From Carcharhinus amblyrhynchos (lineage: Eukaryota): 64,000 nucleotides of DNA. The position numbers and the translations under genes are program-made. Where the stretch lies: positions 48,484,001-48,548,000 of the forward strand of contig OZ336871.1 of NCBI GenBank assembly GCA_965287045.1, read 5' to 3'. This document shows, one piece after another, positions 53,286 through 64,000 of the stretch (positions within the stretch are counted from its first letter, which is position 1; each line of letters starts with the position of its first letter). The notes under the pieces are model-generated. The model was not told where the DNA came from, searched no databases, and saw nothing but the letters and a program-made list of their open reading frames with translations.

Positions 53286-54499
53286 TGCATAGTCAATACA
53301 TTTCTCCACTTGCAAATGTTTAAATCTGCATAGTTGTAGGAGATTTGCATGATGATTGAAGCTGTTTCAATTACATTGAACTGACATGCAATAATTTCTG
53401 GCTTGCAAATTGGAGTGGCAGAGTGGTAATATCTGTTGAATGTATCTTTTTGGAGATGATATTGATTTACCTGGAAATAGTTGTGTTTTTTTTTAGTTTT
53501 ACACCTCAAGCTTGAATTAGCGTTAGGTACACAGCTGTCTAACACATCTTTATCCCCACCTGTCTCAAGAGACCTGGAATCCGATCAAGCCTAGAATTAG
53601 AAGTTAAGTTCTTGCATTACTGACAACTGTTAGGAACAACGGTGAATTGACTTGTAGAAATATCTATTTGTTCCCTAGTGGGCAAAAGCATATAAGACGT
53701 GCTGGCTTTGGTGCAGCTTCTAATTAGACTGTTTCGTGTCTCAGAGACCCAGGGCATGAAAAAAGTGTTGCCGATTGTAACTCTATAAGCTGTGTGTCTT
53801 TTGCTTAAAGCCCAGTATTGCTGGTAGTGTCATTCTAGTGTCAGCCATTTTTAAAAACCATGCCAGATATGTTTTACGACTATGTGTAGGTACATAAAAG
53901 ACGGTCATAAAGAAGCTGGAATAGATGAAAGAATTCCCTGTAGCACTTGTTAGAATATTGCATTGAAACACAATCTGTGAAATGCCTGCAACTCAGCTGC
54001 TTTGGATTTTTTTTTGTATTGCATGAGCGGAGACGACAGATGCAAGAAACAATGTTTAAACTATGTACTTGGAACTGAAGCTTAACTATCAAAGCACCAT
54101 CAGAAGCCTTAACATTGCTGCTGATTCCACCAAATCATACAATGGCAGTATTCTGCCCCACTAGACCTTGCAGGCAATCTCTTTTTTTATTGTTATCATT
54201 GTGAAAGCAAGTCAAAAAGACAAAAAAAAAGCTTATCTCTAATGATTGAACAGCATCTAACTCATATTATTGATTAAACCACGGTTTTCCAAACTGTGGA
54301 TCATGTTTCCCCGGTGGGAGTGTGAGATGAGCAGTTACAGTAACAAGCTCTAAGGCAGTAATGGTGGCTGTGAAGCAGAGACTCAGATCTGTCAATGCTG
54401 GAATCGTGCTGTGGGTATGCCGGCGTTGGACTGGCGTAAACACAGTAAAAAGTCTGACAACACCAGGTTTTAGTCCAACCTATTTATTTGATAATATTC

Positions 54500-54537
54500 T
54501 CACTAGCTTTCGAGGGGACAGCCTCTTCGTCAGGTGA
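54500..54537 (-). ncRNA. Minimal type-I hammerhead ribozyme motif (mirror copy on the minus strand)
   Basis: Exact reverse complement of 54681-54718 within the left inverted arm. Confidence 0.8.
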
Positions 54538-54680
54538 ATGGAGAGTTCTGGCCTCAGACAGAGCATATAAAGCACAGACAAGGCAGCCTTCACGACACAC
54601 GACAGCGCAGAGTCGCTGAGCAGAGACTGATAGCCAAGTTCCGCTTTTTATATGCTCTGTCTGAGGCCAGAACTCTCCAT

Positions 54681-54718
54681 TCACCTGACGAAGAGGCTGT
54701 CCCCTCGAAAGCTAGTGA
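54681..54718 (+). ncRNA. Minimal type-I hammerhead ribozyme motif (PLE pLTR type)
   Basis: TCAC-CTGACGA-A-GAGG(CTGTCC)CCTC-GAAA-GC-TA-GTGA: stem I TCAC/GTGA, core CUGANGA and GAAA, stem II GAGG/CCTC, palindromic AGCU mini stem III; predicted cleavage after 54714. Confidence 0.8.
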
Positions 54719-55408
54719 GAATATTATCAAATAAATAGGTTGGACTAAAACCTGGTGTTGTCAGACTTTTTACAATGCTGGAATCACCAGCAAGGTCCCT
54801 TCAAATTAAGTGGGATATACATAGTGTTAAGGGTTTGGATGGAGTAGATTGATTGAAATGTGTACAGGAGAACTTTTTAAATCAATACATGGAGGGTCCA
54901 ACATGGAGGGAGCTGTGCTGGACCTGATTCTGAGTTATGGAGCCAGACAGGTGGTTGAGGGAGAGCATTTTCGGGATAGCGATCACAACATGGTACAGTT
55001 TAAACTTGTTATGGACAAGGAAATAGACAAGCTGCAAAACAAAGTTTTGGTTTGGAGGAGAGCGGTTTCAGTAAAATAAGACAGGATCTGGCCAAGGTAG
55101 ACTGGGAACAGCTACTAATGGGAAAATCTACAGAAGAGCAGTGGGGAAGGGGCATTCAAAAGGGAAATGAGGAGAATGCAAGCCCAGCATGTTCCTTCTA
55201 AGCTGATAGATAGGAAAAACAAGCCCAGAGATATTCAAGATACAATGAGAAGGAAAAGAAAGGCTTTTAAAACGTACAAGGGTAGCAAATCAGTGGCGGC
55301 ATTAGTAAGATATAAAAAGTGCAAGATGGATATTAAGAAAACAATTAGGAATGCAAAGAGGGGACATGAGAAAGCTCTGACTGGTAAATGTAGGAAAAAT
55401 CACAAGAT

Positions 55409-55602
55409 GGAGAAAACGCTGGATAATCTCAGCACATCTGGCAGCAACTATAAGGAGAGGAATAAGGGCTACATTTTGGGGTCCAGATGATCCTTTGCCA
55501 AACCTTTTTTTTGTCTCCTTACAGATTCTGCCAGACCTGCTGAGGTTTTCCAGCATTTTCTCTTTTGGTTTCAGATTTCAGCATCCAAAGTAATTTGCTT
55601 TT
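55409..55602. mobile_element. Second-family PLE-derived fold-back element inserted in CR1, 13-bp TSD
   Basis: TSD aaaatcacaagat at 55396-55408 and 55603-55615. Imperfect inverted arms gagaaaacgctggataatctcagcacatctggcag / ctgccagacctgctgaggttttccagcattttctc; degenerate hammerhead-like remnant on the minus strand at about 55468-55502. Confidence 0.75.
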
Positions 55603-55960
55603 AAAATCACAAGATATTCTGTAAGTATATCGATGGCAAGAGGATAATCAGCAAAACAGTGGGGCCCCTTAGGGACCAAGGGGACTATTTGTGGTGGAGC
55701 CAGAGAGCATTGGTAGAGTGCTGAATGAATACTCCACATCCATCTCCACCCAAGAGAATGAGGACGATGGTATGGAATTCAGGGAGAGAGATTGTGAGGT
55801 TTCTGAGCAAATTGATATAGGGAAGGTCAAGGTATAGGAGGTGTCAGCAGCCTTAGAAGTGGATAAATATCCAGGTCCAGATGAATGGTGCCCTGGGCTG
55901 CTGTGGGAGGCAAGGGAGGAGATTGCAGGGGCTCTGATCCTCTCTGGCCATGGTGGAGGT

Positions 55961-56118
55961 TATGGTGTAGAGATGCCGGCTTTGGACTGGGGTAAACACA
56001 GTAAGAAGTCTCACAACACCAGGTTAGAGTCCAACCAGTTTATTTGATATTAATAGCTTGTAAGATTACTGTCAAATAAACTGGTTGGATTCTAACCTGG
56101 TGTTGTGAGACTTCTTAA
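55961..56118. mobile_element. Short fold-back derivative of the 54.4-kb PLE family inserted in CR1, 11-bp TSD
   Basis: TSD atggtggaggt at 55950-55960 and 56119-56129. 46-bp inverted arms 56002-56047 / 56072-56117 with 1 mismatch; same head sequence (atgccggc.ttggactgg.gtaaacacagtaa) as the 54406 element; hammerhead core absent. Confidence 0.85.
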
Positions 56119-57519
56119 ATGGTGGAGGTACTAGAGGACTGGAGAACACCTATTATGATTCCACTATTTAAGAAGGGCTTTTGAGATAAACCAGGGAACT
56201 ACAGACCAGTAAAGTCTCACATAAGTGGTCAAGAAACTATTGGAGAAACTTCTGAAGGAGAGCATCTGTCTCCACTTGGAGAGGCAAAGCTTGATCAGGA
56301 ATTGTCAATATGGCTTTGTCAGAGGGAGCTCATGTCTAACAAATGTGATTGAATTTTTTGAGGAGGTAACCAGGTGTGTAGATGAGGGTAGTGCAATCGA
56401 TGTAGTTTATATGGATTTCAGCAAAGCTTTGACAAGGTCACATGTGGGAGACTTGTAAAGAAGGTAAATTCACATGGGATACAGGGCAATTTGATAAAGC
56501 GGATTCAAAATTGTAGGAGACAGAGGGTGATGACAGAGGCTGCTTTAGTGACTGGAAGTCAGTGTCCAGAGATCTATGTTAGACCCCCCGATCATTCGTC
56601 ATTTATATAAATGACATTCATGACTATGTGTGGGATAAGATTAGTAAGATTGCCGATGACACAAAGGTTGGCTAGGTGGTTAACAGTGAGGTGCAGTGTC
56701 TTGGGTTACAAGACGATATAAACAAATGGTCAAATGGGCAAATAAGTGGCTGATGCAATTTAACCCCGAAAAATGTGAGGCGATATAGTTTGGAAGGAGT
56801 AATTTGACAAGAAAATACTCAATGAATGGTAGGACACTAAGAACCTCCTCTGCATCCCCTCTGGGACACTGGAGGGGGATGCACAGGAGATTCACCAGGA
56901 TGCTACCTGGGATGGAACATTTAAGTTATGAAGAGAAGTTGAGTAGGCTTGGGTTGTTTTCATTGGAGCAGAGAAATCTGAGGGTCGACCTGATTGAGAT
57001 GTACAAGATTATGAGAGACGTGGATAAGGAGCAGCAGCTGTTCCCCTTAGTTGAAGAGTCAGTCACGAGGGGACATCGGTTGAAGGTGAGGGACAGGAGG
57101 TTTAGGGGACACGTAAGGAAAAACTTCTTTAGCCAGAGGGTGGTAACGGTTTGGAATGCGCTCTCTGGGAAGGTGGTAGAGGCAGATTGGCTCACATTCT
57201 TTAAAAAGTATCTTTGAGCACTTGGCACATCATAACATTCAGGGCGATGGACCAAGTGGTGGCAGATGAGATTAGGTGTTTCTAATATGTTGGTGAGGAC
57301 TTGATGGGCCGAAGGGTCTCTTCTGTGCTGTATGGTTCTAGGAATATTTGTGTTGTTCTGTCAATGGGTATGGCCTGACAAAATGAGATTTGAGGCGTGA
57401 TCGCTGTCAGCAACACAGCCTGCAAAATAGCACTTGTCTGACTTTATTTTTATGTTGGTAACCCTGCTATTTAAATTCTGCCCTCCTGCTAACTTCAAAA
57501 ACTCTTTTCCCCATCTTCT

Positions 57520-58397
57520 GTATGGCTGTATCCTCAGCTCCTTACGATACTCCTTATATACCTGTGACTGTGTGGCCAAATTCCTCTCCAATTCGATATT
57601 CAAGGTTGCTGATGACATCACCATATGGGATCGGATCGCAAATAATGACGAGACAGAGTACAGGAAAGAGACAGAGAATCTGGTGAACTGGTGTGGCGAC
57701 AATAATCTCTCCCTTAATATCAACAAAATGAAGGAGATAGTCATCAACTTCAGGAAGCATAGTGGAGAACATGCCCTGTCTACATCAATGGGAGCAAAGT
57801 GGAAATGGTCAAGAGCTTCAACCTGTCCTGGTCGCTCCATGCCAACACTATAGTTAAGAAACCCACCAACGCTTCTACTTTCTCAGGAGGCTAAGGAAAT
57901 TTGGCATGTCTGCTACAACACTCTCCAACTTTTGCAGGTGTATATAGAAAGCATTCTTTCTGGTTGTATCACAGCTTGGTATGGCTCCTACTCTGTCCAA
58001 GACGACAAGAAAACTACAAAGGGTCATGAACAACGCCCAGTCCATCACACAAACCAACCTCATATCCATTGACTCTGCCTCGGAAAAGCAGCAAGCACAA
58101 TCAAGGACACCACAAGCCAGACATTCTCTCTTCCACCTTCTTCTGTCGTGAAAAAGATACAAAAGTCTGAGGATACATAACAACTGACTCAAGAACAGCT
58201 TCTTCTCTGCTGCCATCAGACTTTTGTACGGACCTCCCTCGCATTAAGTTGATCTTTCTGTACAGCCTAGGAATGACTGTAACACTGCATTCTGCACCCT
58301 GTCCTTTCCTTCTCTATGTATGGTATGCTTTGTATAGCGCACAAGAAACAATACTTTTCACTGTATACTAATACATGTGACAAATCAAATCAAATCA
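57520..58397 (+). mobile_element. Rex1/Babar-type LINE 3' fragment
   Basis: RT segment LSSLRYSLYTCDCVAKFLSNSIFKVADDITI..NNDETEYRKETENLVNWCGDNNLSLNINKMKEIVINFRK; (CAAAT)n tail at 58381-58397. Confidence 0.8.
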
Positions 58398-58714
58398 CCC
58401 AATCTGTTCATCAAGCTTTCCCCTCACTCCCCTGCTGAGTAACTCTACCACTCCCACCCCATCCCCAAGTTACATTTTGGAGGTCACACCAGATGTGAAG
58501 ATTTAAAATGAGCTCAGAGCAGAAAGTGTTTGGGAAGCACTGGACTAAGCAGAAATTTAAAATTATGTTTACATTCTCTTCCAGGAATTTAGTGGTGGAG
58601 GATGTATTACAGATTGCTCAGGAAGTCTGAGTTGCTATGGCGACATGTACTTTTAAGTGCATGTTGTAGTTTGGAACAATGGGTAGTGATGGTACAGTTT
58701 CCAACTCCTTGGTG

Positions 58715-58860
58715 TGTTGGTTTGGTGGATTGGTCATTGTAAATGCATGGCGTTACGGGAATAGGGTGGAGGGGAGGGGAGGGCCTCGGTGGGATGTTCT
58801 TTTGCAGAGTCAGTGCAAACCCAATGGCCTCTTTCTGCACTGTAGAGATTCTATGGTTCT
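58715..58860 (+). mobile_element. HE1 SINE/CR1 3' tail fragment
   Basis: ggcgttacgggaataggg...aatggcctctttctgcactgtagagattctatg. Confidence 0.65.
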
Positions 58861-59169
58861 GTGGCTGACCAAGGATCTCTTCCACTCCTCCTGCCTGCCT
58901 TTGGCATACTAGAAGGATTTTCAGCTTGAAAATCAACTTTTTTGAACACGTTATGAATGCACTTACCTTGCTCCCATGCATTTAGGAAGAATAAAACAGA
59001 ATGCGTTCTAGTTTGCTGTGATTAAAGTCTCAAAGTTGCTCACCCAGTGGCAATATGATCTTCATTCTTGGAAAAAAAAATTGGGGCAGGTATAGTTGTT
59101 GTGCACCAGGGCCTGTTGGATTGGCCACGTTATCTCAAATGCAATGATAAGGCAGTAACGTGCGCCCAC

Positions 59170-60040
59170 ACGATTAAATCCTCCTGAAGAAGAATGAGGA
59201 TTTTCCAATGACACCTTCAACATCCAGATCTCCTCCATTACAGTGTGGACTGTCATCGTCTGAATTGCTTAATGAGCAGAAAACTTTGAACACAGCTTCC
59301 CATTCTATCCAAGAAATGAATCCCAGGATTATCATTCCAGGACTATTAGAAGGCTTGGGGCCAAAAGACCCACAGGAAGCAACAAGCTTTCACTTTGAAT
59401 AGTAGATTCTGTTACAAAAACATGCCCGGACTGAACAAAGGAGACAAGGTATAGGTAAGTGACCTAGGCAGAGAAGGAGTCATTTTCCAAAGTGATGATG
59501 ATCAACAGCAATCTTACTTAATACATGTCCCAGAATGCACAAGAAGAAACAGGAAAACTTTATCCTCACACATCAAAGGGAACCTTCTAATACACTGGGG
59601 AGAAGCAGATGTTAAGAGTCAAACTGACACTATACCAGAACACTGCAGCTCTGACCAAAGACCAACCAAGTCAAGGCAAAGAAATCCAAACCGAGATTAC
59701 TGATCTTCTAGACCTGACAACAACTAGGGAGAGTCGTGAAACCTCCAGACCGATTGAATCTATAATGTCAGAGACTTACGGGGGAAGTGGGTAGTGCGTA
59801 AATATAAATGTAAAATGTTTTTGGACAAAGAATTGTGAGATATCATATTCAAGGCTGAAAGGGTTGGGACTGGAAAAGCAGCACCACTCACATGGAGATG
59901 AAAGAGAGACACATGGCTAAGAGTTGAGAAGGAGGATACTCATTGCTTACACTGCGTAACATCTGTCGCCTTGTCAATCTGTAAAACAGTTACATTCACA
60001 CAATAAATCTGATATTGTTCAAACACCTATGTCTTTGCAA
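59170..60040 (+). mobile_element. Gypsy LTR-retrotransposon remnant (integrase C-terminus plus probable 3' LTR)
   Basis: Frameshifted SSELLMSRKL..TQLP, LNKGDKV and PDRLNL*; purine tract gggggaagtggg; downstream AATAAA-containing LTR-like stretch. Confidence 0.55.
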
Positions 60041-60267
60041 TCATTTTGTAGAAAGTTACAAGCCAACCTACAGCAAGTTTATTCTAACTGCTGAGTTAGT
60101 GGATCTCAACCAAGGCAGCGATGTGGACTTTATAATTGACTTTGATGCTTGTGTTATGGGGAGAAGACAGGGTGGTCCTGAAGGTAAATGAACCTAGATT
60201 CCTGCTCCAGATATCTAATGAGAAATGCATGTGTGTGAATATTGTGTCAATATATGTGTGAATATTC

Positions 60268-60566
60268 TCAGAGGCTTTTTCCAAGGGCTGGAATGGTCGC
60301 TACAAGAGGACACAGGTTTAAGGTGTTGGGGAGTAGGTACAGAGGAGATATCAGAGGTAAGTCTTTCACTCAGAGGGTGGTCGGTGAGTGGAATTGGCTG
60401 CCGTCGCTGGTGGTGGTATCACTGATAGGGTCTTTCAAGAGACTTCTGGATGAGTACATGGGACTTAACAGAATTGAGGGTTATAGGTAAGTCAAGTAGG
60501 TAGGGACATGTTCGGCGCAACTTGTGGGCCGAAGGGCCTGTTTGAGCTGTAGTTTTTCTATGTTCT
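60268..60566 (+). mobile_element. Relatively young CR1 3' end
   Basis: LFPRAGMVATRGHRFKVLGSRYRGDIRGKSFTQRVVGEWNWLP; tail gggccgaagggcctgtttgagctgtagtttttctatgttcta. Confidence 0.88.
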
Positions 60567-61849
60567 AATATTGGTTAAACTTGTGCCCAATTGTAGGGCC
60601 TCTTGCAAACAAAGTGGTCTGCCAAAATTGACCAAGAATATGTACATATCAAAAATAGTGACTGATGAAATCATTGTGATTAAGGTAAATGTGCTCAGGC
60701 CATGGTTGTTAAAAGCATTTGCTTTGGGGGGGAGAAATTATAATGCTGATAAAAGCAAAATGCTGTCCCAGATGGGGTTAGATTAAATTGATGATTCAAC
60801 ATAACATCCCTCAGTATAGCACCACAAACGATTACAACCATAACTGGTGTGTAGTCAGGGCAGGAATATCTAAACTATATGCAGAATTCTCCCAAACACC
60901 CACTGCGGGCTCAATGGTGAGTGTGGTGGGAGAATATGGCAGCTGGCTCTGAAATCAGTTTCACGCTGACATGAATTTATAATGGGATCTTCTGCTGGTG
61001 CCTGCCATGGTGGGTTGGAAAATATCACCAGAGAATGTGAACGTCATTTTCATGGGATGAAGGCCTTACCACCACCATCCCTCCCCCTACACCTAAAAAT
61101 ACCCTGGCATGCAACACGTTTAGATCAATGTGGTGTGAAAAAATAGGGACCCACATGAACAATTCCTGGAAAAAGGCCACCCATAAACCTGGTGGGGGTC
61201 CAACTCCCAGCCTCAGATTTTCCTGGAGATTCATCTTCTGACCTCAAAGTACTCTCAGAGATCTAACTTTATTTTCAAAACATCCACTTTCCTTCTTCAG
61301 TGGTGGATCAGTGATGTTGGACACCTTTTCAACATGGCACCCAGACATGATGGTGGATTACACTCCAACCAGGCCTGCTCCACCACTGAATACGGTGTGA
61401 AACACTTGGCTGCATAATTAGTGAGGCTGGGATTGGAGATTTGAAATGTTTTCCTGCTAGACTTTACACTGGGAAGCACTCCATGTTCCAACCTCTTTCA
61501 CAGGACTTATTCTCAAAATTTCACCCTGTGGTTCTAGGGCACATGTGGATCCTAAGCAGTGACCATCTAGCCTCACCATTCAGGAACCTCTGTTCAATTT
61601 GTTACGATGTCTACTTTCACCAGTTAATCCTGTTTGAATTTTGTGGGCCTGGATGTGTGAAAGGGCTTCTTTTGGCAATTAAATCACTAATTATGACAAT
61701 TGTCAGGAAATAAATGGTTTCTACTTTCATTTACTCAGTAATTTACATAGATATACAATGTTAAATGTCCAATGCTTAAATTACCACTTTCTATTTATTT
61801 ATTTTTATGATTACCCCTATTTACTTTATAAATCTGGACAGGAACACCC

Positions 61850-63900
61850 ACTGCAGTAAATGCATACATTGGAGGCAAGGCAATGTGTTGGTTCTGGCAA
61901 GAAAAATGAAGTAAATTCCGTCAACAGCACCACCATAATTTCTGACTGCACCTTGAGGCCCATGAGCAGTGGTTTTTATGGTCATGAGACTCACACTGCA
62001 CTCATGGCGGCCTTCCTCTGAGTCACCCGTCCCAGCTCAACTTCATTGCGGCAATCACTGGGAAACTGCATATAAAGGGCTCTCCAGCGCTTGTTCTAGA
62101 TCTGTTGCCAGGGATGGCAGCTGGAAAGCCTGCACTTTGATTCTCGGAGGGACCCCTCAGCTGGATGGAATGCAACACACTGTGCCTCTGCTCCAGGAGA
62201 AGGCCTTGCACCAAGGTCACCATCCCTGCCTGGGATGCAGTGGCAGACTTGGTGAGTATAAACTTGCTGCAGAAGAGGACAGGGCAGCTGTGCCATAAGA
62301 TCACACAGCCAGGATAAGTCAGACGCACACAGTGTTTTTCTACACCCCTTGCACACCCGAGCCACTTCATCTCTCATTCTGCCACTTTGGGCTTTGCTAA
62401 CGCCTATGAGGCACCCCTCCCACTCTCCCAATCTGCAGGTTCACTACTCGCTACCACGAAACTCACATTCCCGCTCATGCCAGTCACATCACATCACTAT
62501 CTTAAATGTCATCACAGTTGCCGACACTCTCTCTGTTTGTCTAATTGCAGGACAAACTCAACCACAACAAGTGTGAGCATGCACACCCAGCTGGAGTCAT
62601 GCCAGAGCTCAGAGTGCTCACTCGAGCTGGCTAGGGTGGAGGAAGAGTGTGGCTCCGTTGATGGTGACATGGGGGCAGCAGACATAAATGAGAATCCTCA
62701 AGTCTCAAGTGAGCAATCAATGTTCCCTCCTTTATCCCCTGTGATGCACCAATGCCACCCCTCTTGGAGGCAAAGCAGCTGAGCAACCTGGGATATTCTC
62801 GTGCTCCGAGACCCAACGGACAGGAGCAGCTCTGAGAGAAACTTCCTTGACCCCGCATGGAAAAGGTTTAAAAAAGTTTAAAGCTTATTTATTAGTCATT
62901 ACATTAACACTGCAATGAAGTCACTGTGAAATTCCCCGAGTCTCAACATTCCAGCGCCTGTTCAGGTCAGTGCACCAAACCAGCACATCTTTCAGACTGT
63001 GCGAGGAAACCAGAGCACCCAGAGGGAACACATGCAGACATGGAGAGAATGTGCAAACTCCATACAGACAGTGACCCAAGCTGGGAATCGAACACGGGTC
63101 CCTGGAACTGTAAGGCAGCAGTGCTATCCACTGTGTCACCGTGCTGAAAAGATGTCACTATATCACCTATACCCGGCACCAGTGCAGATACTGACACCTC
63201 AGTGGGATCACTGAGTAGACAGGCTTCTGGGTCACACACTGGTGAGCACGTCACAGCTGAAGATCCACAGCAGGCAGAGGCAGGGATGTACCAGAGAACT
63301 GGCACTCAGAGGGATGCCAGGAAACAGGACTCTGCTGGGCCCCTGGTCGATGATATGCATCTGCGTCTGGTTGTCCAAGAACTGATGGAGCTGCAAAGGC
63401 AGAGTTTGAGCGTCAGAAATGGTTGATAACAGCTCTTCCCAGGCTGCAAGGCCAATTGGAGAGGTCCCATCACCATCTGTCCAAGGTGATGGTACCATCA
63501 TTTCAGCGCAATGAGGTCAACACTGCAATGGTGGCATCCACAGTGAAGATCTCAGCGCAGGATAGGCACTCCATGGCAAGAGGTGTCCATACCATGGCTC
63601 ACCTCGTGATCTCTATGTTTGAGGGCATGAATTTGACGGTGCAGGGCGTCAACTGCATGGTGCAGGCACTAGTGGGAGTTCATGAGTGTTTGCATCAGAG
63701 GTTTGAGAACTTCTAGTTCACAGCCCAGGGCCCTGGGAGGTGTCCAGCCTATTTATGTCCCCCATTTTCTCCTCAACCTCAGCTGCAGATCCTGGAGAAG
63801 CACCTGGACTTGTGAGAGGGTGAGGAAGATTAAGAAGTGCTAAGCAGCTAGTTGGCACAGGTGAAAGTAGGCACAAGTGTAGACAGGTAACCACTATGTA
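61850..63900 (+). mobile_element. Decayed Harbinger-type element carrying Myb/SANT-gene exon remnants
   Basis: GC-richer segment with low-complexity ORF remnants (SVGSLSRQASGSHTGEH; LQGQLERS..NTAMVASTV) typical of these shark elements; interrupted by a HE1 SINE. Boundaries approximate. Confidence 0.5.
62867..63145 (-). mobile_element. HE1-like V-SINE
   Basis: Reverse complement of the HE1 head and V domain; short TSD-like gaaaag on both sides. Confidence 0.88.
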
Positions 63901-64000
63901 TTGTTACGAGTAATAAATCATTCCATTCACTCCCTGCCATTTATGCTGCAAAGTGAAAACCTAGTTAAATACTCTGAAGGGCCTACAGTGCCTGAGACTA

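Larger units (their letters stand above)
54406..54772. mobile_element. Penelope-like (PLE)-derived fold-back mini-element with 13-bp TSD
   Basis: TSD caatgctggaatc at 54393-54405 and 54773-54785. Perfect 127-bp inverted arms 54445-54571 / 54647-54773. The spacer encodes QGSLHDTRQRRVAEQRLIAKFR, resembling the C-terminus of a PLE GIY-YIG endonuclease. A 39-bp unpaired extension lies at 54406-54444. Confidence 0.88.
54810..57340 (+). mobile_element. Decayed, 5'-truncated CR1 LINE (end of APE endonuclease, RT, 3' UTR)
   Basis: Fragments AVLDLIL..GEHFRDSDHNMVQF, QYGFVRGSSCLTNVIEFFEEVT..IDVVYMDFSKA and RRFTRMLPGMEHLSYEEKLSRLGLFSLEQR; CR1 tail ctgtgctgtatggttcta; many stops and frameshifts; interrupted by two PLE-derived inserts. 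Confidence 0.92.

Noticed and set aside
54484-54734. Twin 66-aa ORFs on opposite strands
   Set aside because: A by-product of the perfect palindrome; only the spacer fragment has protein homology.

Overview
Eukaryotic, repeat-rich vertebrate DNA, almost certainly from an elasmobranch (shark/ray): it carries HE1-type V-SINEs, a SacSINE1-like DeuSINE, many CR1 LINEs and Harbinger elements. The only host gene I can support is the 3' part of ADAMTS16 on the + strand. It has six GT-AG coding exons (20609-20735, 39326-39530, 41969-42163, 45018-45242, 47793-47940, 49838-49953) that splice in frame and encode the C-terminal thrombospondin type-1 repeats and the PLAC domain, followed by a ~1.2 kb 3' UTR. 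The preceding exon was not found, so 1-20608 appears intronic. The rest is intronic or intergenic DNA with decayed CR1, Rex1, Tx1, Gypsy/LTR, Harbinger (transposase plus Myb/SANT) and SINE copies. The most striking structure is a cluster of three Penelope-derived fold-back mini-elements at 54.4-56.1 kb, each with a target-site duplication. One has perfect 127-bp inverted arms, each carrying a minimal type-I hammerhead ribozyme motif, around a GIY-YIG fragment. TE family names come from recalled consensus motifs, not database searches. TE boundaries without a TSD or TIR are approximate.
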